In this document: positions 43,699 to 50,247 of the stretch, piece after piece
How the letters are laid out: each line of letters opens with the position of its first letter
Numbering within the stretch: position 1 is the first letter of the stretch
Assembly (NCBI GenBank): GCA_026395615.1
Contig: JAPLYH010000051.1
Span: 6,318 to 56,564 of the forward strand
From: Candidatus Parcubacteria bacterium
GTDB taxonomy: Bacteria; Patescibacteriota; Minisyncoccia; Minisyncoccales; PEYH01
DNA: 50,247 nt
Direction of reading: 5' to 3'
The notes under the pieces: generated by a model
The model's database searches: none
Told to the model about the DNA's origin: nothing
The model's input: the letters and a program-made list of their open reading frames with translations, nothing else
Made by a program: the position numbers and the translations under genes

Positions 43699-45831
43699 TT
43701 ATTGAGGAGCTATTTCTATCCACCCAGGCATCGGAAGTTTAATACTCGTATTCTTTGTTTTTTCACAAATACCAACCGAGTCGCTTACCCTTAGGGTGAC
43801 AGAATTATTTCCTGCGCTAAAAAATTGGATGTGCGGTTCAGCACTAGAAGAGTTAGTACTATCAACAAACGATGCGGTTCCTGGAATAATCCACGACCAA
43901 GAATTACAAGATACCTCATTATTGCTTGAATTATAACACTTTGATAAATTATCCATAATCACTGTTTCTTCAACTGCCGGACTTGCTGGCTCCCAATTAA
44001 AATCAGACCAAGGATAAGCATGCCATGGAGTTGGTACATCTACGGTGCCAGACCAATCATACGACCAAACACCATTAATATCCTTAACTTTTGACCCACT
44101 GTCGGTAAGGGAACCACATCAACACCAGATGTTCCACGAGATCCGGGAGCAACGCTCTGCGCTATTGTAAATTCCTGTATCACACCGCCTCCAAAACCCG
44201 GGTTAGGAGCTATATCAATCTTATATTCTGCCTGAGGATTATCTCCTGTATATAACCAACTAAAATCAATATGTCCTTTCTTTTGTATAGATGTGCAATA
44301 ACTGGTCGAATCCCTTCTAAAATCGCTTACAACCGGAGCACTTGAAAAACTAAAATTCGTTTGAACTTTGTGGTCATTTGTCACGCCGCACGATGTACCC
44401 TGATTATCACAATTAAAACTTATCCAACCCATTACATCGCCTCCCCATGCCCAACCATGAAATTCACCATCATCCGTATCAATATATACGCCATAATTTG
44501 CGCCTCCATCAGTCGAATCTTTTCTTAATTTTATCCAACCATCCCAACCATCTCCATAACCAACTGCTCTTGCCCAACCATAAACGCAGCCGACACTTCC
44601 ACAAACATTACCATCCAAATCAACCTTCGCAGTGCTATTCGGCGCACCCGGCCTGCCAGATAAAGACGGGTTAAAATCGATCCAACCAATTTCATTTATT
44701 CCAGTATTTGGGTCATTCATATCATAATAAGCATAGCCAACCAAATTGCCATCTGCTTCTATATCTACTCCATAATTTGCCCCTGTGTTTAAATTTTTAC
44801 AACTGAAACTGGCCCATCCTAATCCTAATTTTTGTGGAGAAACTGACTGAGGTGCTCCTGCCCACGCCCAACCAGAAACATTATGATTTTGGCAAGTGCT
44901 GACAACAGTTACCCCTGTTCCAGAGGCTACTCTACTTACTCCTCCCCCGCCAGAGAAATCAGCGGTATCACTGAAACTTCCTGCGCTTGTTGGAGAAAAT
45001 TGAATAGTTGCTGTTTGGCTCGCTCCACCAGAAAGATTGTAAGAGCAACCGCTTGTGCAGGAAAATGGCGCAGCCAAACCGGTCACAGAACCAGACAGAG
45101 TTCCACCGCCTGTATTTTGGATTGTAAAGTCTAAATAAGAAGAGAGTCCGATATTAACATTCCCAAAGCTCAAAGAAGCAGGAGTGACAGAGATTGCCGG
45201 AGGATTAACTATTCTTGTTTGGACAGAATAATCTCTAATATTACAAAAAGGACGGCTACAGTTGATCATATATAGTCGAACATATCTTCCTGTAACTTCG
45301 GAGAAGGTTTTCTCTACCCAAGCGTCTGGAGTGTTTACGGTCCAACTAGTGACAACACTTGTCCAAGTAGAAGCATCATCTGAAACATCTATATTCATCG
45401 GAAAAGGTTTTCTCTACCCAAGTATCTGGAGTACTTACAGTCCAACTAGTGACAACCCTTGTCCAAGTAGAAGCATCATCTGAAACATCTATATTCATTG
45501 TCTGAGGAACATCGTAAGAATATATCCACACCCTCACTGCACTGATACATTTTTTACTGTCTAAATTTCCATAAGTCCACTTTGGAGCTCCTGTCGCACT
45601 ACCAAACCAATAATCGGTAGTGATACCATTAGAGACATTAGAACATGGATAATAAGAAGGGCTATATTCGTCACTACAAACATCTGTGCCTGTTATCTGA
45701 TAGGATGCAGTACCGCCACAATCCGCAGCCTCTACTTTCTCATGATTATTTGTTGGGTAATAAAACCCCACTAGCATGATGCCAGTTATTATCAGCAAGC
45801 TAATCAAAATTTGTTTGCGGAAAAATTTCAT
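43699..45831 (-). CDS. Multidomain surface protein (F5/8-type C-like, choice-of-anchor-D/ASH-like Ig, GWAW repeats, FN3/PKD-like), split into three ORFs by a 100-bp duplication and a frameshift near 44090
   Basis: ORFs 45376..45831, 44040..45398 and 43699..43962 join into one reading: ...DVSDDASTWT..TGRYVRL, ISVTPASLSFGNV, GWAW/GWISF, then KVKDINGVWSYDWS...PWSDFNWEPASP in the shifted frame. Confidence 0.75.
45299..45498. repeat. 100-bp tandem duplication with 7 mismatches
   Basis: 45299-45398 vs 45399-45498. Confidence 0.95.
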
Positions 45832-45867
45832 AATAATCAGGATTTTATTAATTTAATCATCAATTTA

Positions 45868-48800
45868 TCACCTCCATCCCGTGGAAGTACAGGTCGTTTT
45901 TTTAACAGTATCTTGAGAACAATCAGGGTTACCCGCACCCATACCATTATACGATATTAAATATACACTCCAATACGCTCTTGCTGTCCAAGAATCTGAA
46001 ACACAATGATTTACACAGTTATAATAACAAGTACTGCCGCTTGCAAAATATGTCGGTTCTTTAGTAGTATCCGTCGTATATGCGCAATTTATATTAGCAG
46101 TTTGAGCACACGTACCTGAAGTACAACACCCGCCATCACAAAAACCACAAGCTTTACAGGTAACATTATCATCTGTCCAACCCACATGAGGTGATCTTCC
46201 ATCACATTGAGAAGGCGCACCACACCCAAAAGGAGAACTGCCAGATTGACAAAGCCCATAACCTCCACCTGTCCATTCACACGCTCCGGCGCAATTCATT
46301 GCACAATCTGAAGAACAATTAGAAGCAGTTTCTCCACAAGAAGAATTACAAACTCCATTTCCACAAGAATAACAGCTCGTTGAACAATTTGTTGTGTGAC
46401 TCTCTGTACATCCATCTCCATCGCTATCGTAACAATTATTATAAGTGGTTCCAGAACATCCAGAAGAAGAACATTCATTAGTACATAAACAGCTTGTATC
46501 ATAATTGCAATACGCGTATGTGGCGTTATCAGTAAGACATTTATCAGTAGTAGAGACACAATCCTCAATAGATGACCATGATGACCAAGTTCCATAAGTT
46601 ATAGTGCCATTACAATTTGCACCAGAGCCAGAACATTTTTGACTATTCGTTCTGTTCATACTTTGAGGATCACTACCACAGGTCGTTCCCGTACATTGAT
46701 AATCATATTCTGTCCAAGTATTGCAAACATAAGAAGAAGGATTGAAAGAATCACTGGGGCAAGTTGTGCTTGAACCAGTACAATATTCTGTAACATCACA
46801 AGCCCCTGCTGAAGCTCGACAAACATAACTTGACGACCGATAATTACACCCATCACAACAAGCGCCTGAAGAACAAGTGCAAGCAGGACTTACTGTAATT
46901 GTTGCCCAATTATAAGCTGTTGTTCCACCTCTATCAACTCTTATCGCTGCTGTATATGTTCCTATGGAAGAATAATTACAAATATCGGTGGCAGTGTAAG
47001 AAGTAGCAGAAGTTGTTTGGTCTAGCTCATAAATTCCATCATTGGTGCAGTCAAATCTGTACCTAATATTGCCTGTTGCTGTTCCGGAAACGCTAGCTGT
47101 AAAATCAACACCATTTAATGGCGCTGTGCCAGAAGAAGGACTGGCAGAAAGAGTAGTAGAAAGAGTTGAAGCAACCAAATTCCCTTTTACAATTTTCGCA
47201 TTGGTGGCTGACTTTGCTATTATGCCGTCAACAACAATACTTTTGAGATTATTGAAAATTAATCTTGAATTAGCGTTAATTTGAACTGTAACGCCTGTTC
47301 CTATTGTAAGATTACGTAAGATTACCTCCTTCCACACCATCATCGCCCGTAATTTCACATAAAGTGCTACCTCCAAGAGTTGCTGTACTTATAGTATAAT
47401 TCGTGTTTGTCGTGCCTGTTGGAATACATTTTGGCGTTATCCCATTTCCAGAAACAGGTCTACTCGCTCCAGCTGCCCCAGAGAATACAACAGTACCACT
47501 GAAGCTTCCAACGCTTGTAGGACTAAACTTAATTGTAGTGGACTGACTGGCTCCAGCAGTGAGATTATATGTACAACCATTAAAGCAAGAAAATGGCGCC
47601 GTTAAACCGCTTACAGAACCTAATAATGCTCCTCCACCCGTGTTTTGAACAGTAAAATCCATATTATAATAAGCTCCATTATTAACATTGCCAAAATTAA
47701 GAGATGCAGGAGTAACAGAAATGGTGGGGTTGGGCAGTGTATATGTAACACTCAACTTCGGCTCGTAGCCTGAACCTGTCTCGGCAGTATAAGGATAAAT
47801 ATACTCTTCATAAAAAATTCCGCTGATATCATTAGAACTCCTAAGACATAGTTTAGTTATCGCACCTGTGCCTTTTTGAATCCATCCGATTCCCTGGGAG
47901 CTCATAGGAATATTGACATATAGACCAAAATTAGTATTAAATGCGCTACTACCTATCTGTCCACCGTTACCTGAATAATACCCTTTATAAAAGTCACTCC
48001 CGCTTAAAGGAATTTGAGGATGGCTTGGTTGTCCGCTCTGAATAACCACATTAAAGCTTCCTGGACCAGGACTACCGCTCATTAAACCAAGGGTTGCTGC
48101 GCTAATGGTCGCAGTTGAAGGAATTGCGGATGTATCAAAATATACAAATCCTCTCATTATTCTATACTTTCCCTGAGAAGTGCTATATTGCCCAACACTC
48201 AAATCGTATGTCCTTACATAATCAGCGGTATAAAGATTCCAAACGCTTGAATAATTTGTAGAGCCAATGGGCATTAAATCACCATCTTCCAAAGAAGAAG
48301 AACCAACATAAGAATCATCAATGACAACGGGGTAATCAACTGAATCAAAACTTGACGAACTTAAAATTTTTCTATCTCCATCTATCCTGAAGCTCTCTAA
48401 AGGATTTTTTTTAGCATCAATAGCATAAGGGGCGGATGCTCTAAGGTTGCCCGATATATTTGACTTTATTTCAATATCGCCGTTCGGGTTTAATGCAAAT
48501 ATATAAAATTCTAAAATGTTTCCCTCTATTAATCTCAGCTGTCTTTTACAAATCCCGTAATCCCACTCAAGAACATTGTTATGATAATTTTTATTATAAG
48601 GATCATTTTTTAATAAAATCGGGGTATCAGAAATAGGCATCACTTCTTTTTCATTAAGGAAAATCTGAGGATTCCACTTGGCTATATCTCCTTTTTTAAT
48701 ACCTTCAGATAAATCATAAATGGCGCTTACCATAGTATTCGCGCCATTAACGGAGACAGCAAAAAAATTATTCCCACCCTCAAATAAACCTTCTTCTTTC

Positions 48801-49111
48801 TGTGCCCAAGCAATATTAATTTCTTCCCCATCCTGATTAATTTTGGGCACACTGGAAATCTCCGCCTGGAATTTTCCATTGCCTAAATTTTCCACCAAAG
48901 TATAGGGGTTAATATATTTTTTAGTTCCCGGGACTGTATCAGACAACTCTTGGTAAAATTTAATCATTTCCTCCTGTGTCAAAATTTTACCTCCTGGCTG
49001 AGGTTCATTGGGTTTAATAGTTTTAAATTGAAGTATGAAAAACAAAGCGACCGCAATGACTATTACTAGTAAAATTGCAGGAAAAATAATCTTATTATTT
49101 ATTTTTAACAT
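45868..49111 (-). CDS. Large surface protein (DNRLRE-like, choice-of-anchor-D-like, PKD, disintegrin-like and Cys-rich regions), split by a 10-bp duplication (about 1077 aa if repaired)
   Basis: RGFVYFDTSAIPSTATISAATL; ISVTPASLNFGNV; LSASPSSGTAPLNGVDF; removing GTAAGATTAC gives VEGGNLTIGTGVTV in frame. Confidence 0.8.
47306..47325. repeat. 10-bp perfect tandem duplication
   Basis: GTAAGATTAC x2. Confidence 0.95.
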
Positions 49112-49133
49112 ATTTTTAAATACATTATAAAAA

Positions 49134-49628
49134 TTAAGGAGCGGAGTGCCAGAAAAGCCCCATTTGGTTTTTCTGACCAGCTTTTAATAAATATTCAAAA
49201 TTAACCTGATAAGATATTCCTGGTTCTAAATTTTGGGGATTCCAATTAATTTTATAATGCGCAATATTTTTTTCTTTATCCTCAAAGAAACGGACAAAAT
49301 TTAAAATCTTAAATCCATTTCCATCTTGGACGGTAGCTACAGCGGATTCAATTTCATCTGGATTCTTTAAAATAAGAATTATTGTTTGCTCTTCTCCTTG
49401 TTTTAATTCAAAAGGGTCAAACATTACTTCCACAAAGTTTCCAGCTTCATCTCCTGAAATAGAAAATCTATCTCCCCTTTGAGATAATTCATAAGGTTTA
49501 TTAGTATTCCCCAGCGATATCAGCTCTTCGTTCATTGTCCACCAGCCCTCAATATCTCCCCACAGCCAAATACCTAAAAGAATAACCAATAATAGGACAA
49601 TTATCATAAAGGAGATTGTTTTTTCCAT
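49134..49628 (-). CDS. Membrane-anchored hypothetical protein
   Basis: N-terminal TM followed by a beta-rich domain; co-oriented in the surface-protein cluster. Confidence 0.7.
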   Translation of the reverse strand: MEKTISFMIIVLLLVILLGIWLWGDIEGWWTMNEELISLGNTNKPYELSQRGDRFSISGDEAGNFVEVMFDPFELKQGEEQTIILILKNPDEIESAVATVQDGNGFKILNFVRFFEDKEKNIAHYKINWNPQNLEPGISYQVNFEYLLKAGQKNQMGLFWHSAP

Positions 49629-49658
49629 AATGATTGATTATTAATCATTAATCACTAA

Positions 49659-50246
49659 TCATTTTCTAAAAGAATCAATATCTATAAAAGATTTAACTGT
49701 TTGGTCATCGTATAAATTACCCTTATCTTCTGCGTGGTCTAAACGAGTGGCAATCAAACGATAAGAAAACTTAGAATTCTCTTGCCCTTGTGCTAATTTA
49801 ATAATGAATTTTGAGCCATCAATATAGGCATAAAGAGAAGCGTTATCTTGAGTTGAAACAAAAGGAATAATACTTTCTCTATAAGCGGTCTGCCAAAATA
49901 ACCACAAATCAGAACCTTCCAATTCTTTTGCCAAATCAAGCTCTAAACTATCCCCTATCAATTGGGATTCCCCGACTACCTCTATCTTCTGACCAATTGA
50001 ATCAGGCAAATAACTGGTATATTTTTTATTGTTGATATTAAATACCGGGTCAATTTCTCTCACGCCCTTAAGTTTATAACCTACAAAATCAATCCACGGC
50101 GCAGGCAATGTGCTTCCCGTATTTATAATAAATGGAGAATTGCCTAATGCCGTGCCACTTGTCCATACAGTAATATAGTTAGCTGTACCACTTCCACCTA
50201 TTCCTCCAGTTGGAGTTTGCCAAGTAGCCAAACCAGTGGCATCAGA
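49659..50246 (-). CDS. C-terminal part of a fibre-like surface protein, partial (open to window end)
   Basis: SDATGLATWQ...GSGTANYITVWTSGTALGNS fibre-type motifs; the frame has no stop up to 50246. Confidence 0.7.
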   Translation of the reverse strand, partial: SDATGLATWQTPTGGIGGSGTANYITVWTSGTALGNSPFIINTGSTLPAPWIDFVGYKLKGVREIDPVFNINNKKYTSYLPDSIGQKIEVVGESQLIGDSLELDLAKELEGSDLWLFWQTAYRESIIPFVSTQDNASLYAYIDGSKFIIKLAQGQENSKFSYRLIATRLDHAEDKGNLYDDQTVKSFIDIDSFRK

Positions 50247-50247
50247 A

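Noticed and set aside
45299..45498. Diversity-generating retroelement TR/VR pair
   Set aside because: The mismatches are not confined to adenines on either strand, the copies are directly adjacent, and no reverse transcriptase is present in the window
1449..47284. Numerous 60-160 aa antisense or alternate-frame ORFs in the track (e.g. 14653..15132, 27126..27509, 41373..41768, 30004..30237, 32385..32854)
   Set aside because: They are shadows of well-supported genes or of minus-strand islets, with no start signals or recognisable motifs
47312..50246. Prophage tail region
   Set aside because: The fibre-like motifs sit among signal/TM-bearing surface proteins, with no terminase, capsid, portal or integrase genes
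1..50247. Alternative genetic code (UGA=Gly, code 25)
   Set aside because: Conserved genes are full length under code 11, TGA is used as a genuine stop, and the gene breaks are frameshifts rather than in-frame TGA

Overview
AT-rich chromosomal segment of a reduced-genome bacterium, most consistent with Patescibacteria/CPR (Parcubacteria-like). This rests on gene order, mostly SD-less starts, a short dnaX, a membrane-anchored Clp ATPase and GWAW-repeat surface proteins. Code 11 is supported by TGA stops and tRNA-Trp(CCA). The window holds housekeeping genes (prmC, rlmE, dnaX, cysS, dnaB, rplU, rmuC, mraZ-rsmH-ftsL-like-PBP, rplJ-rplL with an L10 leader, mltG, pcm, rpmG, trmD, khpA, rpsP, rnc, nusB, rpmF), six tRNAs, two MacAB-type ABC systems, an ECF sigma locus and several large Cys-rich surface proteins. 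Highlights: (1) four GC-rich orphan islets, each with a near-consensus sigma70 promoter, a strong AGGAGG Shine-Dalgarno and a terminator hairpin, although ribosomal-protein genes here lack SD motifs; (2) a dispersed palindromic repeat AATTACG-ATGCCGGGTGG-CGTAATT that brackets one islet and the neighbouring DJ-1 gene like cassette boundaries; (3) a thrice-repeated candidate ECF promoter motif; (4) a multi-branched structured intergenic element; (5) disintegrin- and TSP1-like motifs in surface proteins; (6) many small tandem duplications and deletions that break genes, which may be assembly artefacts. No integrase, transposase, reverse transcriptase or CRISPR array is visible.
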